A stretch of 63,873 nucleotides of DNA, filler included, from Octopus bimaculoides (GCF_001194135.2; 5 parts of 5 records of this genome joined end to end with filler, not necessarily neighbours in it), one strand, 5' to 3'; positions 11,956 to 24,860 are shown, counted from the first letter of the whole stretch. The notes: generated by a model not told the origin, from the letters alone. Numbers and translations: made by a program.

Positions 11956-12288
11956 GGATCTTTTTTAAAACGGGGGCCACATTTTTCATTAATGTTTTAC
12001 GTAGTGTTTTTGGTACAGAAAGACTTTCAAACTTCGTATACTTATCTATTTTGTGTTATAGAACAGAAAAATATTTTTGTATTCGAATTTATTTCATGTA
12101 AAAAATTGTCTTATTTCGATAATTTCAACCAATCACTGACGTCCTCTCAGCCGATATACATTAAGTGCCGACTACATAAACAAACGATTCTTCGTTTTAT
12201 TTGCTTTTTTTATTTTAAATTTGCTTTAACCCTAACCCTAAGCCTAACCCTAACCCTAACCCTAACTCTAACCCTAGGGTTAGGGTTA
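11956..12288 (+). mobile_element. Partial copy of the Merlin-like telomere-repeat MITE (truncated by gap)
   Basis: Starts with TIR GGATCTTTTTTAAAACGGGGGCCACATTTTTCATTAA, aligns to both arms of 50505-51108, and ends in (TAACCC)n TAGGGTTAGGGTTA. Confidence 0.85.
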
Positions 12289-13765
12289 NNNNNNNNNNNN
12301 NNNNNNNNNNNNNNNNNNNNNNNNNNNNNNNNNNNNNNNNNNNNNNNNNNNNNNNNNNNNNNNNNNNNNNNNNNNNNNNNNNNNNNNNNNNNNNNNNNNN
12401 NNNNNNNNNNNNNNNNNNNNNNNNNNNNNNNNNNNNNNNNNNNNNNNNNNNNNNNNNNNNNNNNNNNNNNNNNNNNNNNNNNNNNNNNNNNNNNNNNNNN
12501 NNNNNNNNNNNNNNNNNNNNNNNNNNNNNNNNNNNNNNNNNNNNNNNNNNNNNNNNNNNNNNNNNNNNNNNNNAAAAAAAAAAAAAAAAAACAACTGCTG
12601 CCTCCTAATAGTCAAAGCTGTTTACCTCTTGTGATGCTGAAATCAATTTTTACACGCTTCACTCTAACTGCTGTATTTTAAGTATCTTCTTTCTTTTTTG
12701 TCATTGTTTATTTTAGTCTCTGTCAATCTTTAAAAGCCCCAGAATTTTCTCTTTTTTTTCTCTTTCTCTACTAAAGTTAACGATGACATATTTTTCCTTC
12801 TAACCTATGTATTCTTTTTTTATTTGTCTTTTACTGGTCTTCAGTCTTAACCCCCAAAACTTATATAGTCATTCCAAAAACCATAAAGATCATATATGAT
12901 ATGATATGGACTGTGAGCCTATTGTTTGTGAATAATCAGATAATATTCTAATATGTATTAGTATTATTTATTGCGTACCTTGTTGCGCATTGAAATGTTA
13001 AAGATATTCAAATATCCTGATTTAAGGTTTAGCTGTTTTACCAGATTGATTTCCTTACTGGTTGTGTTAGAAAAGTTTATTAGCAAAGTGAAATTAAGTT
13101 GCAAAGAAAGAATCATGATGACTTAAATGAAGACTTTGACCAAAGTGTTAATATAATTTCTCTAAGAGAGTTCAACAAGGTTACTTTTTAAAACTAATTA
13201 CCACTGTAATCTAAACCTATATTTTCCTAAATATATATCACTCATACAATTGATAACTGTAGGTATTTTAAAATCCACATTTGACTATCATCTTCCCAAG
13301 ATTAACAATATTAGTTCATATGAGGCAGGTCTACTTCATTGCCTTATCCTATCCAATACTGGTTCCTTACAATTTGAAAATGGTTTATATTTTTGGCCAA
13401 GTTTGGTGCATAAGGTATTTAAAAAAAAGTATTTTTCTAAATGAAACAGAAATAATAGTAAATCAAGTAATTCTTTATTTATAAAACAGTCTTTGTCTTA
13501 TTATTTGTTTCCTTTTTTTGTAGTAAAATAATTGATATTTCTTAAGTTTTGTTTACATTATTAAATAAGTTGAGTTAAGTTACATCTACATATTTTAGAT
13601 AGTTGAATGACTGTATTTACAATGTTAAGATTCCTATTCTAGTTTGTTTACTTGACTACATTAAAATTCGGGATTTTGTTGGGTTTCATATCAGTTTTAC
13701 TTTATGTAGTTCATTCATATAACTAGCTTGAATTATTTGCATTGTCAATTATTCTTTTTGATGTT

Positions 13766-13801
<36 letters not shown>

Positions 13802-14436
13802 CTTGAAGATGTGTGGGTGTGATTCTCCAATAGTCCTATTTTTTACAAAATTTAAGATATATTTAATTATTTCCTCCATATAAAATAGAATGTGAATTTT
13901 TTTCCCCCCTTTACATCAAATTGTCCCTTGCTAGCATCTGTGAGATGGTTTTTAAAAATTAAAACATTTGCATGTTGAACATGAAAAACTAAATTAAAAA
14001 AATATATGGGAAAATGGGTTCCAAATCCAAATTGTTATTTTGTAACAAACAATATTATAGTTTCTTACAATACTAAATAACTTGCTGTCAATTTACAAAA
14101 CCTATTTCTCAAGGTTTATTATTATCATTAATATTATTATTGTTATTGTTACTGTTGTTGTAGAGTGGCTGAAACATAAAGTATTGGACTAAATGTTTTG
14201 TGATATTTAGCTATGTCCCTTTATGTTCTTAAGGTCAAAACCCAACTGATGTGGACCTTTTGCCTCTCATTCTTCCAGAGTTGGGAAGACAAATACCAGT
14301 AAAGTGACTGCATTTACAATGTTAAAATTTAATCAATTATATCTTAAATAATTATATATTATTTAGTAGGGGGTGATATAGTTTTTAAGTAGTATGCCCC
14401 AAACAGCATAAAATTTACTTGCCTCTCATTTTAAAG

Positions 14437-14582
14437 CTCATGCAACAATGTATGGCAGCTCAAAATATAATAATCTTCAATATGGTTGTTTACTTGTGAA
14501 ACTAGATGTCAAAAACTACATTTGGACATATCTCTTCATCATTGGAAACATATGTGAAACACAGTTTCCATTGAATGATTGG
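14437..14582 (+). CDS. Weak exon candidate
   Basis: Acceptor ctctcattttaaag| and donor TGG|gtaaca; open frame HATMYGSSKYNNLQYGCLLVKLDVKNYIWTYLFIIGNICETQFPLNDW; no recognisable homology. Confidence 0.2.
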
Positions 14583-15276
14583 GTAACATTCACAGTACAA
14601 TTTATATTTTTCTATAATCTATTAAAAACTGTTCACATCTCTCCTTCATGATATTTTATTCTCTCTGGAAACATGTTTTCCTTTTCTCCTCTATCCGGTT
14701 TCACTGCAGCTAACAAAGGCTTGAAGGGATTCTTAATAAGTTTAATCTGCTACAAATGGTGTACAAGCAAGTTGAGACTGAGTTTTTAGCTTTAAAACAG
14801 TCCCCCCCAGAATAACTTGTTATTCTATATTTATATCCGTCCATCCATGTATTCATTACATTTCCCTTCTGATTTAAAACTTTCCATATAACTATGTAGA
14901 TATTATTAAGGTTTCATTTCTTTTACTGAATCAGTTTCTTTTGAAAAGCCATTGAAATTAGTTCTCCATTTTGTCTCAGCTTTCTCCATTTCTTCCCTAA
15001 TCATATCTCCTGTCTCAGTTGTATCAGCTTGTATGAAATGACTTGACTGTATGTCTTGATATGATAACTTTCTGGTCTAATCATTTTGTCTTCTCTTAGT
15101 TTTACCTCTTATATATTTTATGGTTTTGTTTGAGGTAAATTGCGATAAACAAATAATAAAATAGCTGTGACATGTTTCCCATATCTATCTATCTATCTAT
15201 CTATCTATATATATATATATATATATATATATNNNNNNNNNNNNNNNNNNNNNNNNNNNNNNNNNNNNNNNNNNNN

Positions 15277-15288
15277 TTAATTAATTAA
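15277..15288. other. Artificial scaffold-join linker TTAATTAATTAA (N44-linker-N44)
   Basis: The identical 12-mer is centred in exactly 100-nt gaps at 15277, 27942, 58099 and 62702 and gives stops in all six frames. Confidence 0.95.
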
Positions 15289-15383
15289 NNNNNNNNNNNN
15301 NNNNNNNNNNNNNNNNNNNNNNNNNNNNNNNNATATATATGTATGTTATTATCTATAGCTATCAATCTCTCTCTCTCTCTCTG

Positions 15384-15427
<44 letters not shown>

Positions 15428-15469
15428 GGACCACTTTAAATGTTGATTAACTAGGCCGGCGCAGAGTCT

Positions 15470-15925
15470 GTCCGTTGGTTGTATAGTTGGTTTGTATAGT
15501 GTGTGTGTTTGACAGTTGTGTTAATAAACTGAGTAGATTTTGACTGGATGAACTGACACATTACATAGATGTTGACTAGATTGTCACACCGTGTAGTTGT
15601 TCACTGGATAATTAGATATAGCGTATTCCTATGCTGACCGAATAAAAAGACAGTGTGTAGATGTTGACTGGGATAGACAGACCTAGTATATAGGGGTCGA
15701 TTGGATAAATTGAAACAGTGTATAGTTGTTGGCTAGATAAATAAATACACACTATACATGTTGACTAGATGGATAATCACAGTGTGTAGATATTGACTGG
15801 ATAAATGGACACAGTGTGTTGATGTAGACTGCATAGATTGACACAGTGTGTGGGTGTTGACTGGTTAAATTGACATAGGATGAAGATTTTGACTGGATAG
15901 ACAGACACAGTGTGTAAATTTTGCG
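15470..15925 (+). repeat. Degenerate ~32-bp minisatellite
   Basis: Roughly 13-14 units of consensus TGTTGACTGGATAAATTGACACAGTGTGTAGA. Confidence 0.85.
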
Positions 15926-15984
15926 AACACCTTTGTTCACAAGTATACTAAATACCGAGAAGGGGAACAGAGAACGGAGAAAGG

Positions 15985-16435
15985 CATGGCTACGTGGTAA
16001 GAAGTTTGGTTCCCAACTGCATGACTTCGGGTTCAGTCGCACTGTGTGGCACCTTGGGCAAGTATCTTCTACTATGATCTCCAGTCGACCAAAGACCAAC
16101 GTTCTGTGAGTGGATTTGGTAGACGGTAACTGAAAGAAGCCCGTCGCGTATGTATGTATGTATGTATGTTATATACGTACATGCATGCGTGTATACATAC
16201 ATACATACATATATGTGTACGTGTGTATGTATAAATGTGTCTCTGTGTGTGTCCCTCATCACTGCTTGACAACATGTATTGGTTTGTTTATGACCCTGTA
16301 ACTTAGCGGTTCAGCCTCGGTGCCAATAGAAAAAGTGTCAGGCTTAAAAAAAAATGTACTGGGATCAATTCATTCAACTAAAGCCCTTCAAGGTGATGCC
16401 CCAACATAGCCGCAGTCCAATGACTAAAACAATTA
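15985..16435 (+). mobile_element. SINE family A, full length
   Basis: Same head, body and tail as 5090-5518, with a central (TATG)n/(TACA)n tract. Confidence 0.9.
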
Positions 16436-17111
16436 ATACATAAAAAAAAAAGAAAAGAGCGAGAGCGAGAGCGAGAAAGAGAGGAGTGAGAGTGCAAGGG
16501 AGAGAGAGGGGGTGAGAGGTAGAGAGAGGGATAGAGAGAGAGAGAGACGATAGGCGCTTCGGAGACAAAGAGAGGAGTATGAAGGGGAGAGAAAGAGGGG
16601 GGGAGTAAGAGGGTGGAGAGAAAAGGAGTGCAAACAGAAAGTTAGACAGACTCAGCAGACGACATTCTACTTCACGTGATCAAATGCTAGCAGCAGACAT
16701 CACATCACGTTAGCAATAAACAAGAGAACAGGCAAAGCCTACATTGTTTGTCACCGATGTTTCCAATGGTACGCCACGGCTGTAATATCGTGTTGATGTT
16801 TGCAAAGTATGAAAAATATATCTAAAGGAAATATTAAGAAATTAGACGAAAATAGTGTTGACAGCGATGTGCAAGAATTCGCATTAAATCGAGTTAAATT
16901 AAGTTAAATTGATGGTTAGGGAGGGATTAAATGACAATAAACAAACACAGGCACAGTTTTATGTGTGTGTATTTGTGTTTGCGCGTATGTGCGTGTGTGT
17001 AAGTATGTATGCATATATATATATATATGTGTGTGTGTGTGTACATATATAAATGCATACATATACATGCATATAAATATATATTGATATATATATTTAT
17101 GCATATATAAT

Positions 17112-17142
<31 letters not shown>

Positions 17143-17534
17143 GTATATATATATGTGCATATATGGGTATATATACATGCATATAGATGTATATATATGT
17201 ATGTATATATACATGAGCGCCAGATAGTCTGTTGAATTTAATTGAAGGTTATCCGAGAGGTGAATGATTTTTCACAAAAACACGCACGCACACGCACACA
17301 CACACACACACACACGCAAGTACATGCACACAATACGCATCATATGATATATGTTTGTGTATATAAGTGTACTTACGAATATGCATCTTTGTACGCGTTT
17401 ACATATGTATATATACACACACACATATATATATATATATATATGCGCGCGCGTGTGTGTACGTATGTTTGTATGTATTTATCTATCTCTATATATGTAT
17501 ATACATACACATACACCTAAATACATATCACACG

Positions 17535-17578
<44 letters not shown>

Positions 17579-18539
17579 TAGAGGCGTCAAAATGTCTGAA
17601 ATAATATGTAACAGAGTCTTCATATTTGAGAAGAGTTTCGTGAGAAATATCTTTCCGAAAGTCTTTTAGTATCAATATAACATTATTGGTGTGATGATAT
17701 TGTTCTCTCCCACCTTTTCCTCTCTCCTCCCTCCTCCCCTCTCTGCTCATTTTTCTGTTTAGCTCCCTTATCTTTCTGTCTATCTGATTGTTTGTCTCTG
17801 TCTATCCATGTCTGTCTGTTTGTCTCTCTCGAACTACAATGAAAATCAGGAATGATGATGATGATGACGATGAAAGAAAAAGAAGGAGATAGGGGAGGAA
17901 GAGAAGGAGGAGGAGGACAAGAAGAAGAAGAAGAGAAAAAAGATGATGATGACGACGACGACAAAGATGAGTATAAAATAAAGGAAACAGGAGGAAGAAG
18001 AAGAACGGTAGGAAGGGAGAAGGGGTGAAGCAAAAGGAAAAGATGAAGACAAAGAAATAGAAATCAAGGGAAGAGGAGCAAGAAGAAAACAGATGAGGAT
18101 GAGGATGAGAAGGCAAAAACAAGAAATGAAGAAGGAAAAGAGCAAGTAGAATTGAAGAGGTAGGAGGAGGGGGGAGGAGGAGATTAAAGAAAGAACGAAG
18201 TGTCCAAGTATTTGTATGAATTTTATAACTCTTGAAATTGCACTTAAAAAAAAAAAATTCTGCACTCGTAATCTTTATTAGAACCGCTAACCTCGATATT
18301 TACGTCGTTAGAGTCGCTGGTCTGCTTAGTTAAAGAAATGGAAAGAGTTGCATAAGAAACAAAGCGAAGTATCAGACACCTTACGCTCTATCTTTTCCTT
18401 GTTTCAGGCATTGGAAAGCAGCAATGCTTCGGCAAATGACATTGATGAAATAAGTACCAAGCTTTAGAATAAGTACTGAGGTCGATTTGTGTGACAAAAA
18501 CCGTCAAGGTCGCCCCCATCTTTAGAGTTTTCGTCCATG

Positions 18540-18745
18540 ACCACATGGCTTAATGGTTAAGGTATTCGGCTCAGGTTCGTAAAGTCGTGAGTTCGATTCC
18601 CAGTGGCACATTGTGTCCTTGAGCAAGACACTTTATTTCACGTTGCTCCAGTCCACTCAGCTGGTAAAAGCAAGTTGTACTTGTATTTCAAAGGGTCAGT
18701 CTTGTCACATTTGGTGTGTCACGCTCAATCTCCCCGAGAACAACA
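18540..18745 (+). mobile_element. tRNA-headed SINE family C (5' part)
   Basis: TGGCTTAATGGTTAAG...GAGTTCGATTCC head, then TGTGTCCTTGAGCAAGACACTTTATTTCACGTTGCTCCAGTCCACTCAGCTGG; homologous to 34064-34393. Confidence 0.85.
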
Positions 18746-18967
18746 GTAAGGGTTTATTCCTTTATTTGTTTCAGTCGCTTGACTGCGGCCATGCTGGAGC
18801 ACCGCCTTTTAGTCGAAGAAATCGACCCCAGGGTTTATTCTTTGTAAGCCTGGTACTTATTCTATCGGTTCTCTTTTGACGTAATAAATTTCACACAGAC
18901 ACGCACATACAAATAATACACACACACACACACGTGTGTGTGTGTGTGTGTGATAGTCGGTAAAATC

Positions 18968-19096
18968 TGCCGGAGCCTCGTGAAGCTTTAGGTGTTTTCT
19001 CTCAATAAACACTGACAAAGCCCAGTCTAGGAATCGAATCCGCGATCCTACGACCGCGAGTCCGCTGCCCTAATCACTGGGCCATTGCGCCTCCAC
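18968..19096 (-). mobile_element. Short tRNA-headed SINE family D
   Basis: Reverse complement GTGGAGGCGCAATGGCCCAGTG...GGACTCGCGGTCGTAGGATCGCGGATTCGATTCC; near-identical copies at 32592-32721 and 38120-38215. Confidence 0.85.
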
Positions 19097-20522
19097 AGTG
19101 CCGGCATAGACCTGGGAACAATAGTGGCTAAGGGGTGACTCCACACGCCTCTCAAAAACCCGGAGATCCTAAACCTGGTCCCTACTACCGGATGCAGTTT
19201 AAAGTAATGCCCAGAATACTTAATTCTAAATTAGTACTTATATTCACTGTCCAACTACGGAACGAAATTAAGAGGCTTAAAAGCTAAGTTTTTGCATAAC
19301 CGTAGATTTAATGTTTTATTTTTCTTAATTAAAAATTTTTATAATAGCGATCATTCATTATCTAATTAACTCAATTGGGGTGTGAATGTATGGATGTTTG
19401 TATGGTCTCTTCTGCTTTAAATTATCTAAATTCTTCCTCCGAGTGAAAAGCTGGTTTCTAACAAAGATACAAAGCTCCATCATTGGAATGTTGATAAAAA
19501 TAATCTCTCGTTTTAAACTTGAGGGAAAGTCTTGCACATTTTTACTGTTCCACTTACAGATTGTATTGGTATATCTTCTTAGATAGCACATCGATGCTGT
19601 AGTGCTGTTTTCGTCGGTGCTAATGTTATTAATTTCAGCCATGATCGTGTTAGTGAAATTCCATGTAGTATAAGGTATATGGATAAAATCCGGTCTGAAT
19701 AACGCTGTATTAGTAAGTAAAAGGTTACTGATTTCGAATAGAGAAGCAGGCATAAACGTACAAGAAAACGTTTAAACGGTCCTCTAAGCCTGCACACCTG
19801 ATGTTCACGGCGCCATTACGTATGTATGTATGTATGTATGTATGTATGTATGAATGCATGCATGTTTATATATGTATGCATGCATGTATGTTTGTATGTA
19901 TATATGGTTGTATGTATGAACTATGTATGTATGTATGTATGTATGTATGTATGTATGTATATATCTAAGTATATATGTATGTATACATGCATGTTTGTAT
20001 GTATGTATGTATGTATGCACGCCTACATGTATGTATGAACATATGTATGTATGTATATATGTATGTATGCATGCATGCATGTATGCATATATGTATATAT
20101 GCATGTATGAACATATGCATGTATATATATAAATATATATGTATGCATGTATGTATGTATGTATGTATGTATGTATGTATGTATGTATGTATGTATGTAT
20201 GTATGTATGTATGTATCCATGTATGTATGTACGTATGGATGCATGCATGCATGTATGAATGTTTAATGAAACACACTCATCAACCTATTAAGAAATGAGA
20301 ATTTCAATTTTGAAATAGGAATAAAAAAACAAAAACAACGAAATCATAATGATAATGATGATGATGATGATGATGATTTCGTGAACGAGAGGGTACCGGA
20401 AATAAATAAATAAATAAATAAATCATTAAAAATATTCGAAATCAATAGAATTTATAAAACTATAAATGAATATTGATAAATGTATAAACACACACATATA
20501 CATGTATGTACGTATATATTCA

Positions 20523-20560
<38 letters not shown>

Positions 20561-20588
20561 TATTTATATACATATAAATATTTACAAT

Positions 20589-20632
<44 letters not shown>

Positions 20633-20799
20633 NNNNNNNNNNNNNNNNNNNNNNNNNNNNNNNNNNNNNNNNNNNNNNNNNNNNNNNNNNNNNNNNNNNN
20701 NNNNNNNNNNNNNNNNNNNNNNNNNNNNNNNNNNNNNNNNNNNNNNNNNNNNNNNNNNNNNNNNNNNNNNNNNNNNNNNNNNNNNNNNNNNNNNNNNNN

Positions 20800-20852
<53 letters not shown>

Positions 20853-21161
20853 TATACTTACAATAATACGTGTGTGTGTGTGCGCGCGAGCGTCTGTGTG
20901 CGTTAAAAAGAAAACGAAACAAGATGAAGAACAACTAAGCCTCCATTTTTGTTGAAGTTATTATATTTTGACATGTTCAGTGAAAACTTAATCGAATTTC
21001 GAAGAGATCGAAATTAAGGTTATCTCTTGCTCAAAGACAGTTCAAAGGAAATTGTCCACATTCTTCGCCATATTTTAGTGAGCTGCTTCTCTCTCTCTTT
21101 CTCTACCCCGACCTCCTCTCGCTCTCTCCCTCACTCTGTATCTTTCTCTTTGTGTCTACAG

Positions 21162-21218
21162 AGAAGCCCTTTGTTTGTGACTATTTTATGAAACCATTCT
21201 CCGACAAATTATTAAATA
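21162..21218 (+). pseudogene. Degenerate C2H2 zinc-finger exon fragment
   Basis: A long pyrimidine tract and cag| lead into EKPFVCDYFMKPFSDK. This is a TGEKP linker plus F-x-C-x2-(C>F, TGT>TTT) and F; it runs into (ATT)n before the His residues. Confidence 0.4.
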
Positions 21219-22788
21219 TTATTATTATTATTATTACTATTATTATTATTATTGTTGTTGTCGTCCTCTTCTTCACCGTCATTATGAACATATTGTTATT
21301 GCTGTTAATACCATTGTTGATGATGATACGACGATGACGATGACGACGATGATGGTGATGATGATGATGAAGATGATAATAATAATGTTGTTAATGGTGA
21401 CAGTGGTGGTGGTGATGATGATGGTGATGATGCTGATACTGATGATGATAGTGATAGGGATAATGGCGACGACTACGACGACATAGAACTCTTTGTTTCG
21501 TATATTTTAAGTTTCGACACCCTCTTACTCCTCTTACTCCTGTTTCTGTCAATATTTGTCAGTGTTCAATGGAGAATTAGAATACACATATACATACATG
21601 CATACGCACAAACATACATACATACACGTGCATTGATACGTATATTACATAATTACTTTCTCATATTTCAATGATGAGACAGAGAATCCTACCATTAACC
21701 TACACATATACATATTACACACGTAAACTCTCCTCTCACACACACACGTACACACAAACACATACATACATAAATGTGTGTATATATATGTATGTATGTT
21801 TGTGCGTGTGTGCGCTTACACACATATTCACACAAACGCGTATGTAATATACATTATATAAACAGGCACTCATATGTAAATTGATATATATGTATTTACA
21901 TATCTGTATGTAGATGTATATAATATATATACGTGAATATATGTATGTGTGTATGTATATGTGTAGCTGAGAGCGTGTTCACATTCGTAGAACAAACGTA
22001 ACACACATACATATATGTGTATGTATGTTTATATATATATATATGTATATATATATGCATATACATATGTATGTATGTGTGTGTGTATAAATATACAGAC
22101 TCGCACAGATACACATATGCATACATACAAACATATACACATACGTTTCGTATACAATTACAAGCAGTCGTGTATTATTGCAATCTCTCGACATTAAACA
22201 TGGCCATGTATTATTCAATAGAGAGACATACGTTAGTTGATAATAATATACTGCCTCTACCTCAAACAGCACTCAATTAGAACTTAATAGAAAACGATTA
22301 CCAATGAAAATATCCATTCCATCAAAATTATCACCTGTACGTGTTTCCATAGTGATATATAGAGTTTGGCAATGTGGGAAGCTGTTAATGAGAAAGTGGT
22401 AGGGTTGGCTAGGCGGGCAGCTTAGCGAGAGAGAAAGAGAGAAAGAGTGAAAGTGGGAGAGAGACAGTGAAGTTCATAGTTGTTCGGTGTTGGTTGCGGG
22501 GTGGACTTTATATATATACATTGGAAGTAAATGACTTTGCATGCATGAATCATGAATCCTATCAGAAATGCCACTCTCTCTCTCCCTTTTCTCTCTTTAT
22601 ATGTACAAGTCTATGTATGTACATGCGTGTGTGTGTGCGTGTACGCGCGCGCATGTTTATGCATGTGTGTGAGTGCGTATGTATCGATGTTTCATACATT
22701 ACGTACATATAAATACTCACAGATGTGTAAATATATATATATATATATATTTACACATCTGTGAGTATTTATATGTATATATATATAT

Positions 22789-22839
<51 letters not shown>

Positions 22840-23489
22840 TACATATATATGTATCTATATATATATACATATATGTATGCACACATACACATATATATAT
22901 ATACACATATATATATGTATATTTATATATATGCAAACATATACATGTACAGATGTGTGTAAATGTGTGTAAATATATATATATATATATATGCATATGA
23001 GTGTGGGATACACACACGCATGCATATATACTAATGTTGATGCACATGCTCATATAAGTATATGAATGTGTATGTGTGTAATTCGAATGTCACTTCTAAT
23101 TGAATATTTTCGTATTTATGTCTCTCTTTAAGAAGTAATAATAGCTGTAATAAAGTTATACATGCATGTACATACATGTACACACACACACATATATTTA
23201 TTGATATCAAATATTACGTTACCATCCTTTCTCTTGCCTATATGACTGAAGATATGATATCACTGGAAGCCGGCTTCTATACACACATATACATACATGC
23301 TNNNNNNNNNNNNNNNNNNNNNNNNNNNNNNNNNNNNNNNNNNNNNNNNNNNNNNNNNNNNNNNNNNNNNNNNNNNNNNNNNNNNNNNNNNNNNNNNNNN
23401 NATATTCATTATATGTGTATGTGAGTGTGTGAAGGTGGCGAGCTGGCAGAAGCGTTGGCACGTCGGGGAAAATGCTTAGCGGCACAAGC

Positions 23490-24000
23490 TGGGGTTAGGT
23501 CAAATCTGTCACAATTGTGACCATATTTTCGTCCCCTAGTAAGGTATGCTATCTCCTACCAGACTGACCTCAGTGCCTTTTCCACCTGTGCTCCCGAAAC
23601 TAATTCAATTTTCCTTGTTGATGTGGCGTCAGTTCTATAGACAATAGTCCTTTCTGCCTTGTCTTTTAATACTTCTTGGGGGGTGGGGCACACCTTCACA
23701 TCATTCCCCTCCTTTTCAAGCATTTCCTTGAACTCACTCAACTCTTCCAGATTGATTTCTTCAATTTTTTTCCCCTAGCCGCCGCTGCATGATTCCTCTT
23801 CTCCATTTCCTTGTCCATCCTGTTCAAGTATACAACTAATTCTTCCTCAGACGAATCGCATTCTAGGGAAGAATACCTCAACTTCTCGCGCTGTGCCCCT
23901 CCATTATACAAGAGGAAAACGTCGCTCCACCAGGACAGCCAAAAATACGTGAATAACAAACAAATCCAACAATGCAACTGAACAACCATAAACCGGAAGG
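23490..24000 (-). mobile_element. Degenerate retroelement 5'/ORF1-like remnant
   Basis: Broken charged ORFs 23738-23989 and 23556-23741, followed by VSLVGDSI, resembling the GDS motif of CR1/L2-type esterase ORF1. It interrupts a family B SINE head at ~23484. Confidence 0.3.
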
Positions 24001-24599
24001 AAACTTCTTACCACACGTAAACACCTGCGCTTATTTTCTGTTTCACTTTGAGGACAGATTTTCTGTATTTTTTAAGGAGAGATTTTTCTTTACATCAAAT
24101 TCATCTATATATGCATTCTAATGAATACTTCTGTGTGTGTGACATTTGCTTAGAGAACTTGTCACTTTGACTAGTTTCCATCTCATCAATCAACTACTCT
24201 GCTAATAATTCATGTTCATTTGTCGTGCCAATCGCCAATTTCTCTCTCAAGGCTTTAACCACTATAGTATTTCTTTCTTTTCCCCCACCATACTCATTGC
24301 TTCCAATAAACGATTCATCTTTTCCCCTATTCTTGCTCACACAGTCATCAACCCCACCATTTGCACACATCGAACCTCCGCTCTCTTCTTCCTTCCCCAA
24401 ATTTAGCATTCCCAGTTGTCCCATCGTCTATATCAGCAACCGATCTGTGGAAATTATCTCTAGATTTCCTGGCAAAGTCCTTGCAACGTGAAATAAAGTG
24501 TCTTGTTCAATAATACAACACACAGTTCGGGAATCGAACTCATTACTTCACGATTGTGAGTCCGCATCTTCAAGTCTTTTTTCCCCACCGGCGCCCCAA

Positions 24600-24860
24600 T
24601 TAATGTTTACCAATACTCTACCGTACCATAAATGAACCCAGAAAATACTACTCTTCTACATATCGCCGATCTCACTCTCACCCTACGAGTATTTCACTGG
24701 AATAGCAATGGACACAAGCACGGATGCTACCTATGCTACCTTGAGCTCTAGTCTTTCACGTTTACAACAGGTGCGATATGCAGGTATTTTGAAAATACCT
24801 CACCGAGTGACGACCATGCCCTGTATAGTTATGGGGTGCCCTTTGACAAGGCATAGCATT
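24600..24860 (+). mobile_element. Penelope-like RT remnant
   Basis: GIAMDTSTDATYATL (from 24699) resembles the PLE RT motif G-x-AMG-T/S-x-x-AP-x-YA-x-L; the flanks are degraded. Confidence 0.35.

Noticed and set aside
12226-12288. True telomere or chromosome fusion site (also 50744-50817)
   Set aside because: The tracts are short, lie inside a TIR/TSD-bounded element, and are in the opposite order to a fusion.
15277-15288. TTAATTAATTAA as a biological recurring motif
   Set aside because: It is always centred in an exact 100-nt N gap, so it is an assembly linker.
18968-19096. tRNA genes (also 32592, 34064, 44108)
   Set aside because: A/B boxes are present but acceptor and anticodon stems do not pair; they continue into shared SINE bodies.
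19358-19797. Non-repetitive ORFs possibly from a GPCR, Pif1 helicase or PLE
   Set aside because: Frames are broken and no motif is matched convincingly.
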